In this document: one piece after another, positions 27,247 to 37,009 of the stretch
How the letters are laid out: each line of letters opens with the position of its first letter
Numbering within the stretch: the stretch's first letter is position 1
Notes under the pieces: generated by a model
Database searches by the model: none
Told to the model about the DNA's origin: nothing
The model's input: only the letters and a program-made list of their open reading frames with translations
Position numbers and translations under genes: made by a program
Assembly: GCA_001604045.1 (NCBI GenBank)
Contig: LVAN01000022.1
Location: 1-64,000 of the forward strand
Direction of reading: 5' to 3'
Origin: Clostridiales bacterium Firm_08
GTDB lineage: Bacteria; Bacillota; Clostridia; Oscillospirales; QAKW01
DNA length: 64,000 nt

Positions 27247-28068
27247 TTATTCCTCAAATTGTTTCCGATATTCCTGCTGCTCTTTCTTTTTGATGCGATA
27301 TGTCAAGCGGATCATAAACGCCTGCCATCCGGCGATCAGCATCATCATGATCGCCAGAGCATAATGCGGTACCGACAGCATCGCCATAAAACATACGATG
27401 TCGATCATCACGCAAAAGCCGATGATCACGCCAAGATTCGTCACAAAACTGCCCCACGCGGGCAGCGCGCGCTCGGTAGCGGTACGATTGATACAGACAC
27501 CGAACGCAAGACAAGAAAGGAAAAAGCCGACGGCGATCACCGCCATGGAAACGTGTCCCCACATCGGAAGAAAAACAGAAATGTACTTCCGGCCGCTGAA
27601 TAAAAACGCCTCTACGGCGGGATCAAAAGCAAGAAGTGCGGACGTCATATAGTGCGCGATAAGGATCAGGAACATCGAAAGACAATATACGCCGATCAAG
27701 ATCGGCATCCCGAAACCGAAACCGATAAAAAAAGATCGGTTTTCCGCAAACATCTGCCGGCGAATATACACGCCGCGCGCGAAAAGAGTGAGAAGAAGGG
27801 ATAACACAACGGTAATGAGCGTGATCACGGTAACACGGAATACCGGCGTATTATAGTAATCCCCTATTCCTTTCTTTACGGCAAGATAAGTTCCCAAAAT
27901 AAAATAGTAAGCGACCAGAAAGACGATAAAGAAAACAAGTCCGAGCAACAAATGGAAAAGACGGATGCTCTCTTTTTTCCGTTTTAGAGAAAAATGCATC
28001 ACAAACGGCAGCGCAAGACATAGCAGGGCGCTGATCCCGTACGAAAGAAGCGCTGTTGAAAATCTCAT
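27247..28068 (-). CDS. Polytopic membrane protein of unknown function (first of a tandem pair; possibly YhfC/DUF2324-like).
   Basis: 273 aa, about 7-8 TM helices, no soluble domain. Confidence 0.4.
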   Translation of the reverse strand: MRFSTALLSYGISALLCLALPFVMHFSLKRKKESIRLFHLLLGLVFFIVFLVAYYFILGTYLAVKKGIGDYYNTPVFRVTVITLITVVLSLLLTLFARGVYIRRQMFAENRSFFIGFGFGMPILIGVYCLSMFLILIAHYMTSALLAFDPAVEAFLFSGRKYISVFLPMWGHVSMAVIAVGFFLSCLAFGVCINRTATERALPAWGSFVTNLGVIIGFCVMIDIVCFMAMLSVPHYALAIMMMLIAGWQAFMIRLTYRIKKKEQQEYRKQFEE

Positions 28069-28072
28069 ACCA

Positions 28073-28747
28073 TCACTCCGTTTCCGCCTCGCGCGCCGTG
28101 GGATGAAAAACGATCATCAGCGCAAGCGCGATACCAAACACGATCACCTTCGCCGCAATGTTCAGTATAACGGTATCATGCAGAACATAACTCATAAAAA
28201 AGGAGAGATAATAAAGTCCGCCGACCGCGATGAACGCGAAATTGCTTTGCCGGATCAATTCATAGCAGGATACAGATACCATGATCTGTATGGTGACGTC
28301 CACCGCGATGATAGCGGACGCGTCCCAGGAGGCAAGTTTGCCCCAGTTGACCAGAAGCGGCACGAGATAGACAAGGAATTCCCCCAATGAAAACCCCACG
28401 CCATAAGCGAGGCTTACAAGAGGCTCCCGCCGGTCGCTTCCGATCGAGCGCTTTACGATATAGTAACGGAACATCTCCCCCACGATCATCGCGACCGCGA
28501 CGCTTGCCGCCAGTACGCCGATAAGAAAGGAATCATTCACTGTACTTCCGGTGTGCGGGTTATACAAAATCAGCAAAAGACCAACAATCGCGCCAAGCGC
28601 CACGGCGACCACGATACCGAACGCTCCGAGCAGTACGGAGGTCAGCGAAATATCACGCCAGCGCCTTGCGAAAGTAAGCCATATCAATACGATAAAATAC
28701 GGCAGCGCTCCGAGTAAAATGGAAAGCACTTGTTGGGTCGTACTCAT
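28073..28747 (-). CDS. Polytopic membrane protein of unknown function (second of a tandem pair; possibly YhfC/DUF2324-like).
   Basis: 224 aa, about 6-7 TM, and motifs GEMFRYY / GEFLVY reminiscent of intramembrane Glu-containing protease families. Confidence 0.4.
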   Translation of the reverse strand: MSTTQQVLSILLGALPYFIVLIWLTFARRWRDISLTSVLLGAFGIVVAVALGAIVGLLLILYNPHTGSTVNDSFLIGVLAASVAVAMIVGEMFRYYIVKRSIGSDRREPLVSLAYGVGFSLGEFLVYLVPLLVNWGKLASWDASAIIAVDVTIQIMVSVSCYELIRQSNFAFIAVGGLYYLSFFMSYVLHDTVILNIAAKVIVFGIALALMIVFHPTAREAETE

Positions 28748-28750
28748 AAA

Positions 28751-29608
28751 TCATCCCTCCGATACACCCTCCGCGATCATCGCGGCGGTCATCGTGTTTT
28801 TCATCAACATAGCGATCGTCATAGGTCCTACCCCGCCCGGCACCGGCGTGATAAACGAAGTTTTCGGCGCGACGTTTTCAAAGTCCACATCACCGCACAG
28901 TTTCCCGTTTTCATCGCGGTTGATGCCGACATCGATGACGACCGTCCCCGGCGAGACCATATCCGCCGTCAAAAATTTCGCTTTTCCAATGGCGCAAACG
29001 ATCACATCCGCCTGTTTTGTGATCTCCGCCAGATCTTTCGTTTTAGAATGGCAGATCGTGACCGTGGCGTTTTTATGAAGCAGAAGCATTGCCTGCGGCT
29101 TGCCGACAATGTTGCTTCGCCCCAGCACAACGCACTTCTTGCCGCAAACGTCGATGCCGCTTCTGTCAAGCAGTGTCATAACGCCGGCGGGCGTGCAGGG
29201 CAAAAAATCATATTTCCCGATCATGATTTTTCCGACGTTAGAAGGATGGAATGCGTCCACATCTTTTTGCGGCAAAATACGTTCGATGACGTGATCGGCA
29301 TTCAAATGCCTCGGCAGCGGAAGCTGTACCAATATGCCGTGGATCTTCGGCTCGGCGTTAAGACGGTCGATCAGCGCGTCCAGAGTCTCCTGCGTCGTAT
29401 CCGCGGGCAGGATATATTCCTCCGAATAATAACCAAGTTCATCACAGGTCTTTTTTTTGTTGCGCACGTAAGTCTGTGACGCCGGATCGTCTCCCACAAG
29501 CACCACGGCAAGTCCCGGCACGACGCCCTTCTCTTTCAATCGCGCTGTTTTTTCACGAAGTTCCTCTTTGATCTGCGCGCTGATCTTTTTTCCGTCAATT
29601 ATTTCCAT
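28751..29608 (-). CDS. folD: Bifunctional methylenetetrahydrofolate dehydrogenase/cyclohydrolase FolD.
   Basis: MEIIDGKKIS..., conserved PGGVGPMT, full length. Confidence 0.92.
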   Translation of the reverse strand: MEIIDGKKISAQIKEELREKTARLKEKGVVPGLAVVLVGDDPASQTYVRNKKKTCDELGYYSEEYILPADTTQETLDALIDRLNAEPKIHGILVQLPLPRHLNADHVIERILPQKDVDAFHPSNVGKIMIGKYDFLPCTPAGVMTLLDRSGIDVCGKKCVVLGRSNIVGKPQAMLLLHKNATVTICHSKTKDLAEITKQADVIVCAIGKAKFLTADMVSPGTVVIDVGINRDENGKLCGDVDFENVAPKTSFITPVPGGVGPMTIAMLMKNTMTAAMIAEGVSEG

Positions 29609-29611
29609 TGT

Positions 29612-30613
29612 TTACTCCTCTTTTCCGTCGTCCGTTTCTTCGATCGCGTCCATGATATGCTTCATCGAAAGTTCATCTTCCGTAACAGATGCCTCTTCCT
29701 GCATTTCACTCTCGAACTGCGCTTCATATGCCTCGTTTTGCTTTTCAAACTGCTCTGTCTTATGAAGTTCGCGCAGTTCTTTGAGCGTCATATTTTTCTC
29801 TGTCTCGCCGGCGTCAAAATGAACACTGGTCTTAAAAAACCGGAAATAGATCCAAAGAGCGATCGCTGCCGCGGCAAGTACGGCGGCGATGAGTTGATTG
29901 ATCCTGACGCTGCCTGCCATAAGTTGAAATTCCGGATCACGAAGTCCTTCCATAAACGCGCGTCCACAGCCGTACCAGGCGGTGTACCACAAAAAGACCT
30001 CTCCGCGGAATTTTCTCCGGTCCAAAAACGCGAGGATCAGAACAAATCCCACCAAATTCCAAAGGATCTCGTATAAAAAGAGCGGATGTACAAAAGAGGA
30101 TATGCTGTTAATGCCGATCCCCATACGCCACGGCAGATTGGTCTGTACGCCGTACACCTCGATATTGAAAAAATTGCCGAGACGGCCGATCATCTGTCCG
30201 ATCAAAAACCCAAGCACCGCAAGGTCCAAAACGTTTCTGATATCGACTTTTTTGATCCGACAGGCGATCACCAGGACGATGACCGCGGTGATCAGCCCGC
30301 CGTAGATCGAAAGACCGCCATTCCAAACCGAGATCACATCCTTGAAGGATCTGAAACTTTTCAGATCCATCAGAACATATCCAAGTCTGGCGCCGATCAG
30401 CCCGGCAGGCACGCCCCACAGAACAAGATCAAGAAAATCGTTGTCCTCGATCTCAAAGAATTTTGCCTTTTTCTCGCAATAAAAGAACGCGACCAGAAGC
30501 CCGAGACAAATACAAAGCGCATACCACCGCACAGAAAGTCCGCCGATGGAAAATGCCTCCGCGCGGATCTTGAAGGCTCCTATGCCGAGTCCCGGAAAAG
30601 ATACCGTATTCAT
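29612..30613 (-). CDS. lgt: Prolipoprotein diacylglyceryl transferase Lgt with an acidic C-terminal extension.
   Basis: GGLSIYGGLI and GRLGNFFN signature motifs. Confidence 0.9.
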   Translation of the reverse strand: MNTVSFPGLGIGAFKIRAEAFSIGGLSVRWYALCICLGLLVAFFYCEKKAKFFEIEDNDFLDLVLWGVPAGLIGARLGYVLMDLKSFRSFKDVISVWNGGLSIYGGLITAVIVLVIACRIKKVDIRNVLDLAVLGFLIGQMIGRLGNFFNIEVYGVQTNLPWRMGIGINSISSFVHPLFLYEILWNLVGFVLILAFLDRRKFRGEVFLWYTAWYGCGRAFMEGLRDPEFQLMAGSVRINQLIAAVLAAAAIALWIYFRFFKTSVHFDAGETEKNMTLKELRELHKTEQFEKQNEAYEAQFESEMQEEASVTEDELSMKHIMDAIEETDDGKEE

Positions 30614-30617
30614 TAAA

Positions 30618-31898
30618 TTACCTGCCTTCCTTCACTTTGACGACGGATAGCGCCATCCTGTCTGCTTTCAAAAGTTCCCGTCCTGTCCGGACGATATCCG
30701 AAAGTTCTATGCTCTCTAACGCCCGAAGGGCGGAAAAAACATCCCCGTCGAGTTGTCTAAAATGCAGAAAACGGTTGACCAGCGAGGCGGCGCTGTCCAG
30801 ATTGCAGAGCATATCTCCGTAGTACGCGTTGCGAAGTCTCAGAAACGTCGCCTTATCGATGTCGGCTTCGGAAAACTCATTTACGATCTTTTCGATCTTG
30901 TCAAATACCTTATCCGGCACATCGCTTTCACCGTTGAATATAACAAAGCCAAATCCTACGCCAGACTCATATCCGGCGGAAAATTCCGCGTTGATCCATC
31001 CCGCCTGATACGTTTCCCGGTAAAAATCGCTTGCCTCACCAAACAAACAATCCACAAGAAGTTTAACGCAGATCTCGTGGCGGGGCGTCAAAGAATTGGC
31101 GGCGGGATCTTTGATGCCGATAAAAAACTGCGGCCGGGAAATATCCATAGCAAGTTCAGTTCTCTTTTGATACGCCTGTTCGGGATCCTGTGGGATAGTC
31201 TGCTCGATGCGGATCTTTTTCTCCGTCGGCAGCATTTCATCACATACGGATATGATCTTATCTATATCAAGATCCCCCGCGATAAAGAGAGACAGATTGG
31301 AATTGTTATAAAAAACACGATAGCAATCATAAAGCATCGTATCCGTGATCCCTTGTATGGTCTGCGTCGTGCCCGCGATGTCGATCCGGATGGGATGCTG
31401 CTTGTAAAGGGCCTTCGTCAGGGCAAGATACCCGCACCACGACGCGTCATCCTCATACATCTTGATCTCCTGACCGATGATGCCTTTTTCTTTTTCGACG
31501 TTTTCTTTCGTAAAATAGGGATTTTTAACAAACCGCAGCAGGATCTCCAGCGACTCGTAAAAGTGATCCGCCGTCACGAAATAATACGCCGTTTTGTCAT
31601 TAGAAGTATAAGCGTTCGCCTTGGCGCCCGTTTTCGCGTAAAAGTCAAACGCGCTGCCCTGCGGTCCCTCAAAAAGTTTATGCTCCAGGAAGTGCGCGAT
31701 TCCGTCCGGCACCGTCATCCATTCATCGGAGTCAAATTTACGAAACGTCCGGTTGATAGAGCCGAACTTCGTCGCGATCATCGCGGCGCTTTTGCTTTTC
31801 CCCGGCATCGGATAATAAAAGACCGTAACGCCGGACGGATGGTCTATCTTATAATACGCGCCGTCCGCCTTGTCATATTTTATGAGTTCCGTTTTCAC
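30618..31898 (-). CDS. M16-family zinc peptidase (insulinase-like), catalytic subunit.
   Basis: Inverted zinc motif HFLEH ... E. Confidence 0.8.
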   Translation of the reverse strand: MKTELIKYDKADGAYYKIDHPSGVTVFYYPMPGKSKSAAMIATKFGSINRTFRKFDSDEWMTVPDGIAHFLEHKLFEGPQGSAFDFYAKTGAKANAYTSNDKTAYYFVTADHFYESLEILLRFVKNPYFTKENVEKEKGIIGQEIKMYEDDASWCGYLALTKALYKQHPIRIDIAGTTQTIQGITDTMLYDCYRVFYNNSNLSLFIAGDLDIDKIISVCDEMLPTEKKIRIEQTIPQDPEQAYQKRTELAMDISRPQFFIGIKDPAANSLTPRHEICVKLLVDCLFGEASDFYRETYQAGWINAEFSAGYESGVGFGFVIFNGESDVPDKVFDKIEKIVNEFSEADIDKATFLRLRNAYYGDMLCNLDSAASLVNRFLHFRQLDGDVFSALRALESIELSDIVRTGRELLKADRMALSVVKVKEGR

Positions 31899-33130
31899 GC
31901 TTTAAACTCCTTTTCGTGCAAAAAGTATACGGTATCAAGTTGCAGAAGCCCGGCGGCTCTTGTCACATCCCCGACGGTGAGCGCCTTGATCTTTTGGATC
32001 TGCTCGTCGATCCCGTCGTCGATATTTAAAAGATACTGCCGGGTCGCGTCCGCCATCAACGGACCGGGAGCGTCCTTCAGCCCTTTAACATAATCCAGGA
32101 GATAAAGCTTCGCGTTTGTGAACTCTTCCTCCGTGATCACGCCGTTTTTTACATCATCCAGCTGCTTTATGATCTCATCTTTCGCTGTGGCAAAGTTCCC
32201 GGATTCAATGCCGGACGATACAAAGAGCGCGCCGACAAAAGGATCGATTTCAGAAGAACAGTAGTAACACAAAGAAAGTTTCTCCCGAACATTCATAAAC
32301 AGTTTCGAGACCGGACTGCCGCCGTAGATCACGTTGAACAGCCGCGCTGCGTAATATTCGGGAGGATTTGAAAAGCGGAAGCCGAGGCAGAGTTTTCCCT
32401 GTACGATATCAAGCGCCTCCTCCTCGTTTTTAGGTGCCGTCACCGCATCATACTTCGTCGCGGCAAGCGCGTTCGCCTCACCCTCGAACAAGATCGGAAA
32501 GCAGGTGCGGATCGTGCCCTGCACATCAGTTTCTCTGCCGGTATACGTCACCAGCACCTTGGCGTTCGCGAGCATTTTCTTATAAAATGAATAGAGCGAC
32601 GCTGCGGTGATCTCCTTCAGACAGGACAGTGTCCCGTCACTGGTAAAACGGTACGGCCGTCCCGCGAATGAGATCTCCCTGCACCGAAGCATCGCGTATA
32701 GGCGTTTGTCATTGATCTGCGAGCGAATTACATCCGCGAGATTTTGCTGTTCCTGCGTAAAGTAGGACGCGCGGAAAGACTCCCCTTCCGTAAAGGGACG
32801 CAAGAGAATATTTGACAGCACGTCGATCGTCATTTCAGCGATCTTCTCGCCTTCCAGCGCGAACCGATCGTCAAGATATGAAGCGAGAAGCGTAAACGAA
32901 ATATTTTCTCCGATCTTATCGGAGGACATCGCGATAGACGCGCCATAAAGTTCCTCCAGGCGGCAGGCGATCTGATGCATCTCGCCGTATTTTTCGCACC
33001 CTCTTTTCAATACCTGTGCCAGAAGGGCGCAGTTCGTGGCGTTTTCCTCGCTAAGGGGCATCAAAAAATTCATTATGAGATAATTTGATTTGAAAGATCC
33101 TGTGAACATTTCATGAAACGTAACTCTCAT
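31895..33130 (-). CDS. M16-family peptidase-like protein, probable non-catalytic partner subunit.
   Basis: M16 fold length and composition without HxxEH. 4-nt overlap with the downstream M16 gene. Confidence 0.65.
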   Translation of the reverse strand: MRVTFHEMFTGSFKSNYLIMNFLMPLSEENATNCALLAQVLKRGCEKYGEMHQIACRLEELYGASIAMSSDKIGENISFTLLASYLDDRFALEGEKIAEMTIDVLSNILLRPFTEGESFRASYFTQEQQNLADVIRSQINDKRLYAMLRCREISFAGRPYRFTSDGTLSCLKEITAASLYSFYKKMLANAKVLVTYTGRETDVQGTIRTCFPILFEGEANALAATKYDAVTAPKNEEEALDIVQGKLCLGFRFSNPPEYYAARLFNVIYGGSPVSKLFMNVREKLSLCYYCSSEIDPFVGALFVSSGIESGNFATAKDEIIKQLDDVKNGVITEEEFTNAKLYLLDYVKGLKDAPGPLMADATRQYLLNIDDGIDEQIQKIKALTVGDVTRAAGLLQLDTVYFLHEKEFKA

Positions 33131-33894
33131 ATGTTATCCCTTTCCAACTGGTCTATCAACCATGCCATCGTATGCCGCTCTACGGGCGGAGCCATGAGAT
33201 CCGCCGACGCGATCGCATCCGGATGTCCGTCTGTTACGGCGATGCCGACGTCCGCCGCCCTGATCATCGGGACATCGTTATTATAGTCCCCGATCGCGAT
33301 CGTCGTATGCACGCGGTCGGAAAGCCGACGCCGCATTTCCCGAACAAAATATCCTTTATTGATACCCTTCGGCATCATTTCCACCATAAAATCGGCGCTG
33401 GAATAGACGTCAAAATCATCCCGACCCTGAAGGTCATCCATCATTTGCAGTGTCAGTTCCGGTTCCTGATGAAAGACGATCTTGCAGATCGGTTCGTCAA
33501 TCGTCCGGAAAAAATCTTTTTCCACAGGCCCATCCGTAAAAAATGTCATATCGCTCCTGTGCCCGACGCTTGTCCTTCGATGGATCGGAAAGCGTGACAA
33601 AACAATGTTATAATACTCTTCCGCCTTCACACCGATATCTTTCAACGACACGATACGATCCTCAAAAAGATCGTAAAGGATCGCGCCGTTATACGCGCCG
33701 AGCAAAGTGTTACAGCCGATCTCTCTCGCGGTTTCCACGATAAACGCCGGATTTCTCCCGGTACAAAGCGTGAACAGACCGCCGCCCTCCGTAAACCGGC
33801 GAATAGCGTCCGCGTTTTCCGCACTGCATCGCCCGTCACAGGCGATCGTGCCGTCAAAATCGGAAACGATCAGCACTCCCTCAAATTTTTTCAT
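33127..33894 (-). CDS. Cof-type HAD-IIB hydrolase (sugar-phosphate phosphatase-like).
   Basis: DFDGT motif (VSDFDGTI) and C-terminal GDYNNDVPM. Confidence 0.8.
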   Translation of the reverse strand: MKKFEGVLIVSDFDGTIACDGRCSAENADAIRRFTEGGGLFTLCTGRNPAFIVETAREIGCNTLLGAYNGAILYDLFEDRIVSLKDIGVKAEEYYNIVLSRFPIHRRTSVGHRSDMTFFTDGPVEKDFFRTIDEPICKIVFHQEPELTLQMMDDLQGRDDFDVYSSADFMVEMMPKGINKGYFVREMRRRLSDRVHTTIAIGDYNNDVPMIRAADVGIAVTDGHPDAIASADLMAPPVERHTMAWLIDQLERDNI

Positions 33895-33962
33895 CTGTTC
33901 TCCTCCGATATTTATACATTATAACATACCGGAGATCAAATGAAAAGAGAAAAAAGACATTT

Positions 33963-35144
33963 TTACGATTTGAAGCGATATTTTTTCAGGCACTGCCGTT
34001 CCCCGTGTTCATTTCGCAGCAGATCGCCGATCCGGAAAAAAATACTGCCGACGCATCTGTCATCGTCATTCAGATAAGTGAGTTGCCTTGCGATCTGTCC
34101 GGCATCATCCCACCCTTCCAGCCCGCTTCCGATGCGGGATATATAGTGGGATACCGCGAGATCGCAGTGATATTTTTCACAAAGCGCCGCCCACCAGTCA
34201 TATACCATATCAAATGCCGCCTTTCGGTTCTCAAAACTCCAATAGATCTGCGGCGCGATGAAATCAAGCCAGCCCTGCTTGACCCAGCAGCGGCTGTCCG
34301 CGTAGATCTCATCATAGGCGGAAAGGCCGTCGGTGTCTGAACCGAGCGCGTCGTTGTCACGGTTCCGCCAGATCCCGAACGGACTGACGCCGAACGGGAT
34401 CTTTTTGCTTTTCAGATAATCAGAACATGCGGCGATCATTCGGTTTACGCTATACCGCCGGAAATCTCCGATCGTTTTGAAATCAGATCCGTATGTCCGA
34501 TATGTCGCGCTGTCATCGTACACCCCGTCATACGGGTAAAAATAATCATCAAAGACGACGCCATCCACTTCGTGCTGTTCCACGATCTCCCGCAGACCCG
34601 CCAGGATGGTTTCGATCGTTGTCGGTGCGCCGGGGTCAAAGCAAACGCCGCCGTCGTACCGCAGGATCGCGGCGCTCCCGCTTTTTGCCGGATGCCGCGG
34701 CGGCAGAGCAGCCAGGATCTCATCCGCGTCCCCGCTTCCGATCCGGTATGGATTGACCCAGGCGTATAAGCGTATCCCCTTTTCATGCGCCATCGCCGAA
34801 AATGTATCGAGCACATCGATCGACAGTTCCTTTTCAGGCGTTCTCGTGCCATACAGCGCGGCAGAAGCTCCAAGAACAGAGGCGTTATATAACGCGTCGG
34901 CGTTGGCGCGCACCTGCAAAAAGACAGCGTTCAATCCGCACTCTGCACACACCGACAGAATGCGGGATATTTCCCCGATGATCTCCCGCTCGTTAAGTCC
35001 CGCTTTTGACGGAAAGTCAAGACAGGATGTCGTCGCTACCCAAACGCCGTACATACTTTTCCCGCTTTTCTCCGGAATTTTCCGGCGGCATCCGGTCATG
35101 ATCAATGCGACAACGATACATAGCGCCGCGATCCTCTTTTTCAT
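33963..35144 (-). CDS. Lipoprotein, GHL10 (glycoside-hydrolase-like 10, YngK-type) family.
   Basis: Lipobox LIMTGC, and a TIM-barrel-like GHL10 region (VFLQVRANADALYNAS...YAWVNPYR). Confidence 0.65.
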   Translation of the reverse strand: MKKRIAALCIVVALIMTGCRRKIPEKSGKSMYGVWVATTSCLDFPSKAGLNEREIIGEISRILSVCAECGLNAVFLQVRANADALYNASVLGASAALYGTRTPEKELSIDVLDTFSAMAHEKGIRLYAWVNPYRIGSGDADEILAALPPRHPAKSGSAAILRYDGGVCFDPGAPTTIETILAGLREIVEQHEVDGVVFDDYFYPYDGVYDDSATYRTYGSDFKTIGDFRRYSVNRMIAACSDYLKSKKIPFGVSPFGIWRNRDNDALGSDTDGLSAYDEIYADSRCWVKQGWLDFIAPQIYWSFENRKAAFDMVYDWWAALCEKYHCDLAVSHYISRIGSGLEGWDDAGQIARQLTYLNDDDRCVGSIFFRIGDLLRNEHGERQCLKKYRFKS

Positions 35145-35159
35145 ATCCTGCTTCCTTTC

Positions 35160-35192
35160 ATAAAAAAGACCTGCCTTTTAAAGGCAGGTCAA
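35160..35192 (-). terminator. Rho-independent terminator upstream of the GHL10 gene and downstream of the lipoprotein gene.
   Basis: aagacctgcctttTAAAaggcaggtc palindrome with flanking A/T-runs. Confidence 0.65.
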
Positions 35193-35194
35193 TA

Positions 35195-35635
35195 TCAGGC
35201 GAACAGCTTGGATGACGTTTCTTTTTCCTCCGCGGCAAGTCCGTCATACAGATCCGCGATCGCCTCTCCGAGACTTCCCTTTACAGATCTATATGCGACG
35301 CCGTCATATATTATTTCATTTTTTAGGACCATCAGTTTATGCCGTTTTCCGCATTCAAATACGATAAGATAGTCCACTTCCGAATATTTGACCGGATCTT
35401 CCGCCTCAACAGGCAGCGCCTCGATCGCGCTGCAGAGTTTCCCGATCGCCGAAGGGTCTTCGATCTCTTTCTCCTTATATGTATAATTCCCCTTCTCATC
35501 GATCACCGTCTTTTGAAAATAGATCTTTTGGATCGTGCTTTGCTGCGGCGTTACGTTCGGTCCCGCCTGTTTTGCGCAGCCTGTCACGATCAGCGCGAAA
35601 ACGGCAAGCAGCGAAAAAACGATTTTCTTTTTCAT
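35195..35635 (-). CDS. Small lipoprotein of unknown function. The start is at MKKKIVF (35635), RBS GGAG.
   Basis: Signal peptide with lipobox IVTGC. The RBS overlaps the stop of the upstream lipoprotein gene. Confidence 0.6.
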   Translation of the reverse strand: MKKKIVFSLLAVFALIVTGCAKQAGPNVTPQQSTIQKIYFQKTVIDEKGNYTYKEKEIEDPSAIGKLCSAIEALPVEAEDPVKYSEVDYLIVFECGKRHKLMVLKNEIIYDGVAYRSVKGSLGEAIADLYDGLAAEEKETSSKLFA

Positions 35636-35646
35636 TTTCAATCTCC

Positions 35647-36270
35647 TTACAGATCCTCGATCTCTTTGGAAAGGATCGCCCCGGACATTCCGTCCACCGC
35701 GCATTTATAACGCAGACCCTTTACGAGAGACACGAAAGTGATCTCATACTGCCCGATCCCGTCCTTGACGCGCGCGTTGACCTGCACGTAATTATAAACG
35801 AAATCCTCTTCCTCAAAAAATGTCTTCTGCGCGACGGCAAGCGCGGACGAACTGTCCTGCTTCCAACTCTCGATCATAAGCGGTGTTCCGTCCACGATGA
35901 TCTCATAGGGAAGTGTTCCGTAAGTGGCGAAATCCGCCTCTTTCGCCGTCTCGATCCTGCCCGTCCTCATATCAACGGTCACGATCATAATATCACTGTA
36001 TTTGAGTTCCTGCATCAATTTTCGAGTATAGATCAGGCGCGCCTTGCCGTTGCCTTCCGTATCCATAGACATCTCGATACCGTACAACACATAATCCCCG
36101 CCGCGCTTGTGGCTCTTGATATCCTCATTGATCGCGGTCGCCATTTTTTTGGCGCCGGTACCGTCCTTGCCGACGGATTTCAGGGAAACGGAAAAGGTAC
36201 TGCAAGCGGTAAGTCCCAGCATCATTGCCAGGCAGAACGTAAAGATCAAAATCTTTTTTTTCATTTTCAA
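35647..36270 (-). CDS. Lipoprotein of unknown function.
   Basis: Signal peptide with lipobox LGLTAC. 207 aa. Confidence 0.6.
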   Translation of the reverse strand: MKMKKKILIFTFCLAMMLGLTACSTFSVSLKSVGKDGTGAKKMATAINEDIKSHKRGGDYVLYGIEMSMDTEGNGKARLIYTRKLMQELKYSDIMIVTVDMRTGRIETAKEADFATYGTLPYEIIVDGTPLMIESWKQDSSSALAVAQKTFFEEEDFVYNYVQVNARVKDGIGQYEITFVSLVKGLRYKCAVDGMSGAILSKEIEDL

Positions 36271-36273
36271 CCT

Positions 36274-36993
36274 CTATATTTTTTTAAGGTATTCTATTTC
36301 ATTTTCTTCCAGATGCCGGTATTGGCCGGCGCGCAGTGTCCCGATGGAAAGATCGCCGATCTTCTCCCGTTTGAGCCGCAGGATCTCCAGTCCCACCGCC
36401 TCGCACATCTTGCGGATCTGACGGTTTTTCCCCTCATAGATGGTGATCCCTAAAATAGTGCGGTCATCCTTGACGCGAAGGATCTCGACGTCCGCCGGCG
36501 CGGTGGTATATCCGTCATCGATCACAACACCGCCGCCGAGCGCCGTAATCTGATCCCTGTTCACAGAGCCCTGCACGATGACCCGGTATGTCTTTCCGAC
36601 GCGGTTTTTGGGATGCGTCAATTTGTTGGCAAGATCGCCGTCGTTGGTGACGATCAGCAATCCTTCGCTGTCCTTATCCAGCCTGCCGACGGGATACACC
36701 CGTTCCCGAACGGAGGAAAGCATATCCATCACGCATTTCCGTCCGAGTTCATCCGATACAGTCGTGACATATCCGCGCGGTTTATAAAGCATCAAATAGA
36801 TCTTTCCGCCGCGGCGGGATCTGACCGGCTTTCCGTCGATCTCCACATGATCGGTGCCGGGCGTGACCTTGCTGCCAAGGTGCGCGGGTACACCGTTAAT
36901 GCTGACCCGTTCCTCCCCGATCAGTTTTTCCGCCGCGCGTCTGGAACAAATACCGCAATCGGCGATGAATTTTTGTACACGTAGAGAGTCCAT
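36274..36993 (-). CDS. rluB: RsuA/RluB-family rRNA pseudouridine synthase. The start is chosen at MDSLRVQKF (36993); the ORF extends to 37167.
   Basis: S4 domain, then YLMLYKPRGYVTT ... GRLDKDSEGLLIVTNDG ... GKTYRV. Confidence 0.8.
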   Translation of the reverse strand: MDSLRVQKFIADCGICSRRAAEKLIGEERVSINGVPAHLGSKVTPGTDHVEIDGKPVRSRRGGKIYLMLYKPRGYVTTVSDELGRKCVMDMLSSVRERVYPVGRLDKDSEGLLIVTNDGDLANKLTHPKNRVGKTYRVIVQGSVNRDQITALGGGVVIDDGYTTAPADVEILRVKDDRTILGITIYEGKNRQIRKMCEAVGLEILRLKREKIGDLSIGTLRAGQYRHLEENEIEYLKKI

Positions 36994-37009
36994 ATCATAT
37001 CCTTCAAAT

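Noticed and set aside
33543-34873. Multiple 60-190 aa ORFs antisense to the HAD and GHL10 genes
   Set aside because: Their Arg/Pro-rich composition is typical of GC-rich antisense frames, with no motifs and no RBS.
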